NCBI RefSeq assembly: GCF_001447785.1
Contig: NW_015172610.1
Span: forward strand, 99,343 to 163,342
DNA from: Gekko japonicus
Lineage: Eukaryota
Direction of reading: 5' to 3'
DNA length: 64,000 nt
Position numbers and translations under genes: made by a program. The notes beneath the pieces are model-generated. The model ran no database searches, had not been told where the DNA came from, and saw only the letters and a list, made by a program, of their open reading frames with translations. Positions within the stretch are counted from its first letter, which is position 1, and each line of letters begins with the position of its first letter. This document shows positions 1-12,570 of this stretch, one piece after another.

Positions 1-525
1 ACAATCTCCCACTAAAGCTGGAGGCCTGGGAACCCTTTTCTTCAGTGCAAAACTTTGAAACAAAAATAATCACAAAGTGGTTTGGCCTGCCAATATTTAC
101 GACCCTACATCCTTAACACATAAAAGACAGAGCCCTACTTCACACACTCATCCAGCTATGAAACAGCATGGTGAAGGAGTGGTACAAGCCCCTTCCTCCA
201 CTGTGAAGTGATAATGAAGTTCTATCACATTTTTGGAGAGAAGGGTTTACGCTGCTCCTCCAACATACTTCAGCAGCATAGCCCTGGTAAATGTAAGAAC
301 CAGAGCCCATTCTCACCAACATACCAACTCATAGCACGCTAAGGAAAAAATAAAAATGTGTTGAGTTCTGAGCAATTCAACCTGGAAGAGCTGAAATTAC
401 CACGAGCTGACATTCTTCCATGGCAGTGAAAGGCTGAGATGAGTTTCAGTGGCTCTCAAGAGCATATCTGTCCATGCCTTTCTGGTTTCCAAGTTATTCT
501 TTAATGAAAAAGCAACAGTTCTGGA

Positions 526-731
526 TAGGGTTGCCAGGTCTTGGTTGGGAAATACCTGGAAATTTTGTGGGTGGAGCCTGATGAGGGTGGGGTTGGGGGA
601 GAGGAAAGACTTCAGTGGGGTATAATGCTCCCAAAGTAGCCGTTTTCTCCAGATGAAGTGATCTCTGTCACCTGGAGATCATTTGTAATCCCAGGGGATC
701 TCCAGCTGCCACCTGGAGGTTGGTGACCCTA
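526..731. mobile_element. hAT (Blackjack-like) MITE
   Basis: TIRs tagggttgcca / tggtgacccta; 8-bp TSD gttctgga (518-525) / gttctgaa (732-739). Related copies or fragments near 3305-3445, 18410-18660, 21197-21372, 26278-26630, 47076-47250, 51857-52074. Confidence 0.7.
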
Positions 732-823
732 GTTCTGAAAGTATCAAGTAATGGCAGACATGGTTGCATTGTCACCTAACATTTAAGATCTATGTACCAT
801 ATGCAATTCTATATGCTCCTCAT

Positions 824-1136
824 CAGGGCTCTAGTCGGGGGGGAGCTCTCAGGTACGGAGCTCCGGAAGAGAACCTCTAGGGGGCGGGGCGGTCACGTGG
901 TGAAGCCCCACCCCCTTCTTTACCCCGCCCTCTGCTTCGATCCTCATTCCGTTTGGGAATGAGGATGAAGCAGGAGGGTAAGTAGCCGGGCCTTCTGACA
1001 CACTTCCGGTGATGTCAGGGGGTGTGGCCTTCTGTCACTTCCGGTGATGTCAGGGGGCGTGGCATATGCAAATAAGTTATGCTAATGAGTTATGCTAATG
1101 AGCTCCGGCAGCTCTTTTTCTACAACAAGACCCCTG
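824..1136. mobile_element. hAT-type MITE
   Basis: CAGGG...CCCTG termini; perfect 8-bp TSD ctcctcat (816-823, 1137-1144); CpG-rich interior. Confidence 0.8.
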
Positions 1137-2631
1137 CTCCTCATGTGTACTGGCAGCATAATAAACTGGGATGTATAAAAACACTAGGTGACTGGCAAGT
1201 CTTAGAAGCTGTCAATAGCATTCTCAGAATCTTAAAACCATTGTGCAAAAAAAGTTGAAACGGCTAAGCATTAAATGTATGTAGTTTTATCATTTTATTT
1301 AAGGCAACATCCTATGCCAACCTCATTTCAAATAAGGAAGGCACATGGAGCAAACTCCACCCGAAGATCTTAGTGGACAGGGAAGCTCATATTGCAATGT
1401 TCTTGATAACAACATAATGCAAAGTTTAACAGAGCAACTAGTGAATGTTGTCCTAAATGCTTGGTTGTGAGTATATAGCGCAGACTGGGGCATTTGCTAT
1501 TTATTCACATTTGGTGAATACTTCCATGAAGTTCTATTGATGATTATATTCATAAAAAGACTAGGGAAGAGACTGCAATTACTGTGTAAAGATATTAAGA
1601 ATCAGAACTGAAATAAACCAGAAAAAGATATGCAGTACAGAACACGATTTACAATTATGAATTGCATCTACTGGTTTCTGGTTATTATGTGTATTATTAT
1701 TCATTCTGACAATAATATCTAATTTGTAACACAGAGAAGGAAATTGTTTGGGGTATGCTAACGAGAAGACTTTTTAATCTACTTGAATGTCTTGTTCCCT
1801 TAAAGTTTTATTTGGTAGTGGGTGTAATTAAGGACTTGTGACATGATACATTAATTTTAAATGCAAATCTGCTATGATCCATGAAACACATCAGTGTCTA
1901 CAGGGTACCATATCACTGAATCATGAGAGCCAAGATACATCACTGGGAGATTAAAACACTTTTAATTCAGTCTTGTTGACCTTCCTGTGGCAATTTGAGA
2001 ATGGCTGAAAAATGAACCCTTCAGTGATAAGGCTGACTGTCACTGAAATTTAATTGTCCCTGGTGTTGGAGTGATTAGTTTTAGGGCCTTACCTTGTCAA
2101 TGCTTGTGCTGGTTTTGGTGGCAACAATAAACAGAATACTTTATCAGTTCTGACAGTTATGCCTGAGAGCTATGATTTAAGATAAACCTATTTGCTGGCA
2201 AGAAATATCCTGGCTCTTAATATTTTACTTACAGACTTTCTTTAAAAAGCAACTCTTTTCTAAGATAAGTTTTTAATTATTTCTGCATCTTCATAATTGG
2301 TGGCTGATTCATGCATTATTGTACAAATGAAAGAAAAACCGAGGTGTCAAGGTGTCAAGAACTGCATTAGAAGTAAAATAGATTGAGATGCATTCACTGA
2401 ATACAGCAGACACTGTGCTTTAGGGGCCCTCCAGCTGACTTTATCATCTCAGCCCCCCCCTTTGGTGGCTCTGCTCCATGCAAGTATTGTAGGACCCTCA
2501 AGCACATTCTCCACTGAGAAATGCCATGGAACACTATTGGAATGATAGCTTTACTTTCAGAAGAAGTTTATGGATGAAATACCAAGTGAAAAGCCGTGTT
2601 ACGCATGGTCCCTCTTGGACACTCTACATAT

Positions 2632-3239
2632 ATATTTTTTGAAACCCCCGGAGGGGTATTTTCAATAAGACTACAAACTATAAAGAAAAATATAGGAGGG
2701 GAAACTACAACTATGGAGAAAGAAAAAGTACCCACACTAACTACAAACCCAAGAGTGGGAGACCCCCTTCATGTTAAGCTAAATATTGGTATTAAAAGTG
2801 TTAGTAAAACAATATACTTGTAGAGTTCTTGTTTTTCACATTTTCTGTATTAGTAAATTAGTTATTTTGAGAGAACTTTCTGAGCATCTTCTTTACTTCA
2901 AAGAGCCATTTATCAAAGTCCTTCTGCCCTTACTTTGGCTTTCTGTCTCTAAAATCATATACAGTTTTCATTGCTCCCACACCCGCTTCTGCTGCAGAGT
3001 CTTCATCCATTCCCGAGGCAGCTGAGTCACTTGACTTAGTTTCTTCCTCCTTAGATTCTTCCCCCAATCCCAGCTGAGGTCTCAAAAATTCTTTGGCTTT
3101 GAAGATGGAGTCTATCTTCTCCCTTCTATCGTCTATGGATTGGCGATGGCAGTCGCTCTCCCCAGAGTTTGGGGAGGCGATTAGCACACCATCGGCATGG
3201 AGGGGTGCCACCTCAAGTGGCACTCTCACGGAGCCTTTG
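2632..3239 (-). mobile_element. ORF1-only L1-derived (HAL1-like) retrotransposon, 5'-inverted and internally deleted copy
   Basis: 15-bp TSD ggacactctacatat (2617-2631, 3240-3254); poly(T) 2635-2640, then 3' UTR and ORF1 C-terminus (REKIDSIFKAKEFL...DFRDRKPK) on minus; ~3131-3239 is the first ~110 nt of the element (matches 9625-9735) in opposite orientation. Confidence 0.9.
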
Positions 3240-4139
3240 GGACACTCTACATATTGTTGCTGTGCCCTGTACTGTATAGATCATACTGTCTTGGTTGTGC
3301 CTGGGTAGGGACCTTAGAGGGGTATAATACCATACAGTCTACTCTCCAAAGCAGCCATTTTCTCTAGAGGAACTGATCTCTGTAGTCCGGAGATCAGTTG
3401 TCCTTCTAGGAGCTCTCAAGGTCCCACCTGAAGGTTGGCAACCATATGATGTATGCATATGCTGGACCATGTATTATTTCTCTGCAGGATGTAACCTGCA
3501 ATTTGACTATCCCTATCCTTCCGCTCACCAGATCACCAGTCAAAGGTGCTGTATTGAACTTAATCCATATCATGACAACCCTAAAACTATAGGCCTGTAG
3601 TTCTGATGCAAAGCAACAACTTTAGTACATTCTAGGGGAATTAACTCAACTATGGAAGAACAAACAAATGATCCAGAAGAATATGGGGGGGGGGCAAACT
3701 GAAGTTAACACACTAATGTTTTTAGGTTATTAGGCCAACCTGAAAAAATCAACAGATTTTCCCCTGTCCACTAGCTTCAATCAGAATTCACTCAGTCTTT
3801 GGATAAATCACTTCACTGCACAGTGTCACTTGACAATGAGGGTCATATGAATCAACACCACAAATATACTTTTGAGAAACTGAGCATGCAGAGCTCCACC
3901 TATATCTACAGCAAGCAAAGTTACAGTCTTCTAAATCCACTGAAATCAATGGTCTTAGACGAGTGTAACACTGCTTAGGGTTGTACTGTACATTCTAGAT
4001 ATGGGATTTTACACACAATAGAAAACGAAACTTGCTATATGATTGACTTGCAAGACCAATTAGCTTCTCTGACAGTGACAGTAATGAGAATATTAATATG
4101 CATGTGAGAAAAAATGAATTTCACTCCCTCTTTTAGAAG

Positions 4140-4335
4140 GAAATTGTTCGTCTTGTTTGTTAGCAGCATTGAATATCTTTAATTTGCTTTCATGATATTG
4201 TTAAATCCATCTCATGTTGGGTCTTCCTCCTTTCCTGCAGCTTTCAACTTTTCCTAGCATTATTGTCTATTCCAGCGACTCTTGTCTTCTCATAATGTGA
4301 CCAAAGTACAATAGCCTCAGTTTAGTCATTTTAGA
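4140..4335 (-). mobile_element. RTE/Bov-B LINE 3' fragment
   Basis: ccatctcatgttgggtcttcctcc...ttttcctagcattattgtc...ctcataatgtgaccaaagtac resembles the antisense Bov-B 3' region. Confidence 0.55.
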
Positions 4336-4342
4336 TTCTAGG

Positions 4343-4693
4343 TAAAGGTAAAGGTTCCCTTGCTCGAAAGCCAGTCAAATCCGACTCTAGGGTTGCGGTG
4401 CTCATCTCCGTTTCAAAGCTGAAAAGCCAGCGCTGTCTGAAGACCTTTCTGTGGTCTTGTGGCCGGTATGACTAAACACCAAGGTGCACAGAACACTGTT
4501 ACCTTCCTACTGAAGTGGTACCTATTGATCTACTTGCAATTTCTTGCTTTCGAACTGCTAGGTTGGCAGGAGCTGGAACTAGAGACAGGAGCTCACTCTG
4601 TCATGCGGCACACTCGGGTCTCAAACTGCTGAACTACTGACCTTCCACAGCCTGAAGTTCAGCATCTTAACCACTTGAGCCACTACAGCCTAG
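4343..4693 (-). mobile_element. Sauria SINE
   Basis: Reverse complement of the SINE at 28699; (acctt t)-type tail; TSD-like gattctagg at 4334-4342 and 4694-4702. Confidence 0.8.
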
Positions 4694-4984
4694 GATTCTA
4701 GGCATATGCAATATAAATATCTGAAGAAAATATTTTTCAGTAAGTTGTCTAGGAAATGAAACATATCAAGTAGCTAAAAATTTGCACACAGATCCAGTCA
4801 AGGCTAAGCACATGCAGAAGCAGCTTTCTGTACACATATTTCTGTATACATATTCCTTGGCTCCCAGCTTTCAGTGGGGCTCCACTGGTGCCAACGTTGA
4901 GGGTGAAGAGTCTGGGGGTGTTCCCGGATGTCTCCCTTTCTATGGAGGCCCAGGTCACCACCACTGCCATTTCTGCCTTTTTTC

Positions 4985-5680
4985 ATCTGAGGCTGATCAG
5001 GCAGTTGGCCCCATATCTCACCTCACCCCCCAAGACTTGGCTACAGTGACCCACACAATGGTCACTTTCAGACTGGATTATTGTAACTCTCTCTACGTGG
5101 GGCTGCCCTTGACTCTGCTCTGGAAGTTGCAGCTAGTGCAGAATGTGGCAGCGTGGGTGCTGATGGCAAAACCTGTGCGGGCTCACATCCACCCAGTGCT
5201 GTGTGAACTGCACTGGCTGCTTATTGAATTCCAGATCCATTTCAAGGTGCTGGTACTTACCTTTAAAGCCCTATATGGCCTCTCCTCATATGAGCCCCAT
5301 AGAAACTGAGATCTACAAATCAACACCTTTTGGTAGTCCCAGGCCCCAGAGACATCCAACTTGCCTCGACTGGGGCAATTCCACAGGGCCTGCAAGACGG
5401 AGCTCTTCCACTGAGCTTTTAGTTGAGGCAGCAGGCATCCTCCCCTTTTTGGTTGGCCTCCCATCAGTGTCCTGGATTTGACCAGCCACCTGGGAACTAC
5501 ACTATCATTCTATTTTAGCTACTGAGTAATTGATTAGATCCTGCACAGTATTTTATGATTTTATGATTATTGTATTGTTTTTATCTTGTTTTAAATTGGT
5601 TTTAATTGTTATTGTATATTGTCCTAACATTGATGGAACCCACACTCAGCCTGCTTGTGGGGAGGGCGGGATACAAGACG
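4985..5680 (+). mobile_element. L2 LINE 3' fragment
   Basis: Translation RLDYCNSLYVGLP...LQLVQNVAA...HIHPVLCELHWL...FKVLVLTFKAL is the L2 ORF2 C-terminus, followed by 3' UTR-like sequence; right boundary approximate. Confidence 0.75.
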
Positions 5681-7977
5681 GGCAGGACACAAGATGTGGG
5701 GTGGGCGGGATACAAGATGATGATGGACCCAAAGTCTCCAAGCAGATAGGTGCAGTGCCTGCAATTTACCAGCCTGATCAATAGCCAGAGCATGTAGCTC
5801 AGAGAACAACACAGGACTTCTGTTGATCAGCTGTTTGTAAAGAAGAGTGAGGGACTAGATTCAGCTGAGAAGTGAGAGCCCAGCTCTCTCAGCTATCCCA
5901 TTCAAGCACAGCCCTGATCATGTTTGTATACTCTATTGATATGGGGCCATAGGACACAATCCAACAGCCCTTATTACTGCACTAACTCCAAGACCTCTTT
6001 GTGATCCCCACTGAAATACATGGGGTTCATACAGCAGGAGTGCAGTGCAGACCTCACCTTAAATGCTTTGCCTGTATTTGTTCATCTGTAAACTTGATCT
6101 AAATTACCCCTTATTGTTGTGGAAATCAAGGACACCATTAAAATGTATTAAATGTATTAGAATATCTAAAATGCCTTTGGTAGCTGGTAAATTATCTGTG
6201 TTCTCATTTGGCATTTCTAATAAATATAATAAGCATGATGATTAATCTAATCACCTAGTTGATAAGAAGCGGTAAACAATCCAGAATCCAAATGCATGCT
6301 TTTGTCTTTTCTAGAAATTCAATGTGGGATTTGATATCTATGCTGCCCATTGGTACCCTCTGGCAGAACACTAGAGAGTGCCTCATTTCAGCTTTCTTTT
6401 TCTTTCAGATATAATTGTTGAAATGCTCACACACAAGCTTCATCAAGAAAGCTAGCAAAAACACAAACACCCACACCCTGCAAGTCACCATTCATTGATC
6501 TAAAATTCATGGCAGACATGTCAGTTATCTTTAAATACACTGTATGGTGTCTGTGTGTTTTTTCTGTGTTAATATGCAAGTTAATACGGAAAAAGAACCT
6601 TGTCTATTTCCCCTCCCCCCAAATCCATTGGGATCATTCTTCTGGCTGTTTATAAATGAAAGACTATTCAACCTGACACAACTTACTCCTCATATGTGAA
6701 GAAATCCCAAACCTCCCCATAATCACACAGCTAATGTTAATGATCATAAATGGATACTCCCATTACATTTTTAATTAGCTAAAATTTCCTTTGATGTAGC
6801 TTTGTGAATGGTGTTCATAATCGTTATTGAAACGCACATGTGGCTCTTCTGGAAATAAAAGGAGTTTACTGGATGTCTGTGCCCTGTGGGAAGATACTGT
6901 CTTTTATCTGAAATATTGGTGAATTCTTCTTGAAGACCAGTAGAAGTTCAGAAAGCTGCAGAGAAAGAGGATAAGTGCATGTCTGCTTTATAGTGCTTGT
7001 GAAACTTTCAATGCAGTCCTAAAATCCTGACGCTAGTGCATCACCGACACTGTTGCTAGCATCACTAGACAGTATTCTATGCCTGCTCTTCCAAGAGCAT
7101 ACCTGTGCATATAGTTTGGGGGGGGGGGTAATGTCCTGAACAAGGAGGAGAGGTCATAGCAAGTGAACAGTAGCAAGTAGTGTGGTGCTGCCAATAACCC
7201 CATGAAGGGCAGATAGAAACATGACATCAGGCTACCACTGCCCAAATGAAGAACATGCCAAGGACAGCAATAAACGAAACACAGCCCTGGGTGCTCCTGG
7301 GTGCTCTGCAGATGAGGGTTTGAGTCTTTCCTGCAAAAAAAGTTCCTTTTTGCTAGGCATACACACAAGGAGCAAATCATGACCACTCCAGCTACAGCAT
7401 CCATCCACTTCTAATAGGTCATTCAGCAAAGGCAATGCCTATAGAATACCCAAGACCTCTCCTGTCCAAAAGTTCAGGTCTTGGGGTGATCACAGTTTAG
7501 AAGCACCAGCCTTTTGGCAGGTGATGGGAATGCAGACACTGAGGGTATGCACAACTGCACATCCATAAAAGACATTCCTGTTAATTCCCCAGTTCCTCAC
7601 TGGGAAAAGACACTGGTGTCAAACTAAGACTATGGGTACCTATGGGAAATATTGACAAGAATACATGCCTCACTTTATAGAAAGCAGCCATGTTAATCTC
7701 TTGAGCAAAATAGACTCATGAAAGTTCATGCTGAAATAAATGTTGTTAGTCTGTAAGGTGCTACGGGGCTTCTGTTTTATTCACCTGTAAACACACACAA
7801 AAACAGAAACAAAGCTTGTGAGGTCTACTGAAGGAGAAGACCAAGCTTCAATTGACCAACAAAACTAAAGTCTTGTTTGAATTAAATATATTGAAATATA
7901 TTAAGAACCATGCAGTCACAACATACAGGTTTTATATACAATAAGAGCATTGCTGTAGGAAGCGCCTATACTTAATT

Positions 7978-9736
7978 TTTTTAACCCCCGAAGGGATATT
8001 TTTATTATTTTTTCATAAAACTACATAACTACAAAGAAATATATGGGGGGACTACAACTATGGATAAAGAAAAGATACCCATACTAACTAAAAACCCAAG
8101 AGAGGGAGATCACATCCATGTTAAACTAAATAATAGTAATTAAAGTGTTAGTAACATAATATACTTGTAAAGTTCTTGTTTTTCACAGCTTCTATGTTAG
8201 TATGTTAGTTATTATGAGAGAACTTTCTGAGCATCTTCTTTACTTCAAAAGGCGATTTTCAAAGTCCTTCTGCCCTTACTTTGGTTTTCTATCTCTAAAA
8301 TCATATACAGCTTTCATTGCTCCCGCACCCGTTTCAACCACAGAGTCCTCATCCATTCCAGAGGCGGCAGAGTCACTTCATTTGGTTTCTTCATCTTTGG
8401 ATTCTTCCCCCAATCCCAGCTGATGTCTCAGGAATTCCTTGGCTTTAAAGATGGAGTCAATCTTCTCTCTTTTATTGTTGATATTAAAGATGACACCTTC
8501 GGGGATCGCCCAACGGTACTGAATCACATTAGTTTGAAGAAAAGAGGTTAAGTCCTTATAGCTTTTCCTCTTTTGACGAATTTCAAATGGAATGTCTTTT
8601 AAAGTCTTAATGATTGTATTCCCCAATTTCAGTGGAGTTGCTGACGTTGCCTTTAATATAGCATCTCTGGTCTGTCTTCTTGCAAATCTGACCACAATCT
8701 CTCCAGGCAGACTATTTTTTAAAATATAATTGGCGTAAGCCCGATAGGCAGTCTCCATATCTTTTACTATTTCATCCGCTGGTAAGCCTGTTACTGGAGC
8801 AATAATCTCGCCCAGAGTCTTCTTCAGATCTTCTTTTTCAGTTTCAGGAACTCCCTGGAATCTGAGAATAATGTTGGCCTTTTCCATTTGCAGCTGCAAC
8901 AGATGGTTTTCTTGGAGGTTTTGTTTTGTTTCCACGTCTCCTATTCTTTTCTTCATTTTCTTGTTTGCGGTGTCCATCTCTGTGATTTTCTCAGTCACAT
9001 GCTCCACTTTCTTCTCCATTTCTGCCAGCTGGCGCTGCTGTAGAGTGAAGTTTTGGTTTAGCAAGGTCAGTTGCTGGTTAATACCATTGAGTTGCTCCAT
9101 CATCGGCTTGAGCATATCTGCTAACATGTTCATGATGTCTGCTCCCTCTTCCGGTTTTGGGCTCTGACTGCCCGGTGCTTTCGCTTTTAACTTTCCTCGG
9201 GAAGCTGCCATTTTACAGCTTTGTTTACAATTTTAAACTGCTTCACAGGGGCTCGAAAAACTTGTCACTTCACTATCGGCACTCAAGTAAGTCTCTCAAA
9301 ATAAACTCGCTGTTTATTTCCTCCCTTTCCCCTTCGATACATTTACCTGTGTCCCTCTTTGCGCTCCACTTTTCCCACGGGGGGGATTCATTTTTTAAAA
9401 TAGACTGTTTACTTAGAACTCACGTTCATTGTTGGTCATATCTCTGACCTCGCTCACATCATTCGTTATTCCGCTCGATCTCCCACGCTTGTCCCAGTCG
9501 AATTAGCTTGTGCCAGGAGGCCACACAATGGCAGAACTGTCAGGGCAGAAGGAAGCCTCGATTCTCCGGCATCAAGCCGTCGAAGAGGCTAACTCTCAAA
9601 AGCCCTCTGGCCTGGAGCCTATCACAAAGGCTCCATGGGGGTGCCACTTGAGGTAACACCCCTCCATGCCGCTGGTGTGCTAATCTCTCCCCCAAGGTCT
9701 GAGGAGAGCGACCGCCATCGCCAATCCACAAACCCA
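7978..9736 (-). mobile_element. Full-length ORF1-only L1-derived (HAL1-like) retrotransposon, ~1.76 kb
   Basis: TSD cctatacttaatt (7965-7977, 9742-9754; extends to 18 bp with 1 mismatch); short poly(A) tail; ~525-nt 5' UTR, ORF1, ~300-nt 3' UTR; no ORF2. Confidence 0.9.
8378..9211 (-). CDS. L1-type ORF1p (coiled coil + RRM + CTD), 277 aa open; a TCA>TGA change truncates the ~311-aa family ORF that ends at 8276
   Basis: Heptad-rich N-terminus; NIILRFQGVPE...PGEIVVRFARRQTRDAIL (RRM-like); KDIPFEIRQKRKSY...YRWAIPEGVIF (CTD-like). Sister copies read EETKSSDS... where this copy has EETK*. Confidence 0.85.
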   Translation of the reverse strand: MAASRGKLKAKAPGSQSPKPEEGADIMNMLADMLKPMMEQLNGINQQLTLLNQNFTLQQRQLAEMEKKVEHVTEKITEMDTANKKMKKRIGDVETKQNLQENHLLQLQMEKANIILRFQGVPETEKEDLKKTLGEIIAPVTGLPADEIVKDMETAYRAYANYILKNSLPGEIVVRFARRQTRDAILKATSATPLKLGNTIIKTLKDIPFEIRQKRKSYKDLTSFLQTNVIQYRWAIPEGVIFNINNKREKIDSIFKAKEFLRHQLGLGEESKDEETK

Positions 9737-10617
9737 AAGCTCCTATACTTAATTGAGAAACATTGGGTTTATGGTCTGGTACCGTTTCATTAAATCTTTA
9801 GCAGCACACAGCTCATACTTGGCACATATTTTCTGCAGGCCCAGATTTCACAAAAAGTCAAATTCAAATCACTATCCACAGTCTTTTGTTAACTGCAACC
9901 CCCCCCCCAATCCAGAAGTTGTGAGGAGCTGGTCAAAGTAAGAAGGTAAGCTCTGAAGTAGCGACCTGGTTGTTGTGACTTTCTTCTTTTTAATAAAATT
10001 AGATGTTTTAAAATGCAGGAGTCATGTTCTTTCTTTCTTTCTTACAAAAGGAAGAGTTTATAAACCCTTTTCAGCCCTTCCAACTGGGGCTGGAGACATA
10101 ATGGAAGTAGTGGAAGTAGCGCTGGGGGCGTGAAAAGTGGAAGCACAAGACTTAGGCCTGCTATTGTTTTGAAGGACATAATGTACGGATCTTTCAAGAT
10201 CTTACACAGGCTAAATAAGAAGCTATGTAACTGAAATTACAGTTTCTCTAAAGAGAAACACAACTACAGATGTGACTTTCCTTTTAAACTTACATTTAGA
10301 TAGAGGACAGTGGTGCAGAATAAAAGAGAAAGGTGACAAAGCAGAATCTAAACGCTTTGAAACATTGGTGGCAAAAGCACAGCAAAGAGGTGAGGATGAA
10401 GAATAAGTGCAGAATAGCAATGAAAAACAGCATAGAGGTACTAAAAAGTGAGAGGAAAGAAGGATGAGAGAAATCAGTCAAAGTTCCTGCCTCACAAGGT
10501 GTTCTTCAAGGATTTAAAAAGGAGTTAGGTTACAAAAATATATACAATCTGGCTGACTCTGTTGAGGAAGAAAAATAAAAATCAATTTGGAAAGGTGGAC
10601 AATTCAAGGAGTTGAAG

Positions 10618-11040
10618 TAGGACTGCCAGGTCCCTCCTGGCAACCAGTTGGGGATGAAGGGGGACTTACCAGGAGCGGGAAGGAAACCCAGCCAACATTG
10701 CAGCAACATGTCTACGTCACTTCTGAAGTGACCCAGACGTGATGTCATCATGCAACAATGTCAGGGCAATGCTCTGGTATTTGGGGAAAAACTCTATGGT
10801 AAATTTGGCCTCTACTATAGAGTTTTTGCCCAAATACCAGAGCATTGCCCGATGTCGCTGACATGATGACATCAATTTGGGGTCACGTCGGAAGTGACAT
10901 AGACTCATCATTGCCTCAACTGGGCCTCACTCTATTTCCAGGTAAGTCCCCCCATCTGCCAGCTGATCTGCAGTGGTGTGGTAAGGTCTGGTGGCAGGGG
11001 ACTCCAACCTCCACTGGGGGGGGGGAATCTGGAAATACTA
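10618..11040. mobile_element. hAT (Blackjack-like) MITE with palindromic core
   Basis: taggactgccagg start; internal inverted repeat gcaatgctctggtatttgg / ccaaataccagagcattgc; homologous to 14638-15733. Confidence 0.6.
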
Positions 11041-11795
11041 AATTGAAGGAAGAGATGGGAACAGGGAAAGGATGATGAAAAGGAAATGATGGAGAAGAAA
11101 TGCAGAGTTATTTAACATATTTTCTGATAGACAATATGTTAAATACAAGTGGGGGTTTTCCCCAGCCCAACTCATGTCTAACGTGTGACCCAATACTTGC
11201 CTTAAAAATAGGGGGGGGGGGATAATCATGTCCTGGACAGACACATGAAACCAGCAGTGAAACAAACAGCCCTCACCCACTGACCTTTTCTTTTAGTGAA
11301 AGCACATGGGATGGAAGAGAGGAATGATGAAGCCACTCCTGCTGCTTATGACACACTTAGGAGTCTATCCCTTCTCCCCATTATTTTAAAGGTGAGTTCT
11401 GGATCACACATTAAACAGGAGTTGGGTTGGGATTTTACCAAACTCATATTGCATTTAACTTATCATCTAATCAGACCCAAAGACAATAAATGGAAAAGGA
11501 GGACGCAAAGAAGCTCAGAGACAAATTGCAGCAGTTCAGTACCAAACTGCAGGGAAACCATTATGCGAAAAGACCCTTTGAATGTTGTACTATATAAAGG
11601 GCTCCTAGAACATTAGGGAAACAATTCCACTCCAGTGTATTCCCTGTTGTGCCAATTTTCTACATGCAAGGATTTTTAAAATACAAGCAATAATTATAAT
11701 ATGATCCCCACCTGCAGTCTGGAGAGGTACAGTTCATTTTACAAGCTCAAAGCTCTGCAACCTTATTCCCTCTGCATTCTGCTGTACGTACAGAC

Positions 11796-12395
11796 TATGG
11801 GTGTGCATTTGGCTTTGCCAAATGGAATAAATAGCACCTAAATACCTTATCTGTATTTTTGGGGTATGTATTCAGTTGAATCAGACTCTCTAATGGGGCT
11901 GTAGGGTACAATGCAGAGATCGTGCCACCACGGTGCAACTCCAGAGAAGGGGTTTAAACTTTTTAACCCCCTTCTCCACTTCCCCAGCCATCCCACCTTG
12001 GCAAGCCAGTTGGGGAAGCAAAGGGGAGGCATTTAAAGATGCCTTTCCAATCTTCTTTGCTTTCCCAACCAGCCTCCATGGTGGCCATTTGGGGAAGTGA
12101 AGGGGAGGCATCTTTAAAAGCCTCCCCAATCTGTCTTAGCCTCCCCAGGCCCTGGCTGGCTAGGAAACCTCAGGGGAGGGAAGTAGTTCAGTTTCACCCC
12201 CACACACACACTTGGAAGTAGAGAGGGAGTGAAACTGACATGCTCAATGGCCGGCCAAATTTTTTGGCAATGCTGAGTATTTCCCAGTATAATACTGATA
12301 CTGGGATTTGGGAATACCAGTACTTACCAATATTTTGGGGGTTTGGTTTACCTGAACCCAAAAAATACTAATTTTTTTTCGTGTGCACACCCCTA
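11796..12395. mobile_element. hAT-type MITE (taggggtgtgca TIR)
   Basis: TIR tatgggtgtgca / tgcacaccccta; degenerate 8-bp TSD gtacagac / gtccagtc; related copy in opposite orientation at 19035-19760. Confidence 0.65.
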
Positions 12396-12570
12396 GTCCA
12401 GTCCAGACCAGGCCAGAAACAAGTTCTGTAAGAAAATCCATAAGATGGTGATGTGGGGGTAGGTATTCTGAAACCTAAAGATGCCAGCAGGAACTGTAGT
12501 CAATGGGCATGTATGGCATCAAGGCCAAAACTAGAGAGTATAACATTATGGCCATAGTATCTGGCCTGGA

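Noticed and set aside
8378-9211. Domesticated L1TD1-like host gene
   Set aside because: Multi-copy, poly(A)-tailed, TSD-flanked and each copy carries its own lesions, so it behaves as a mobile element.
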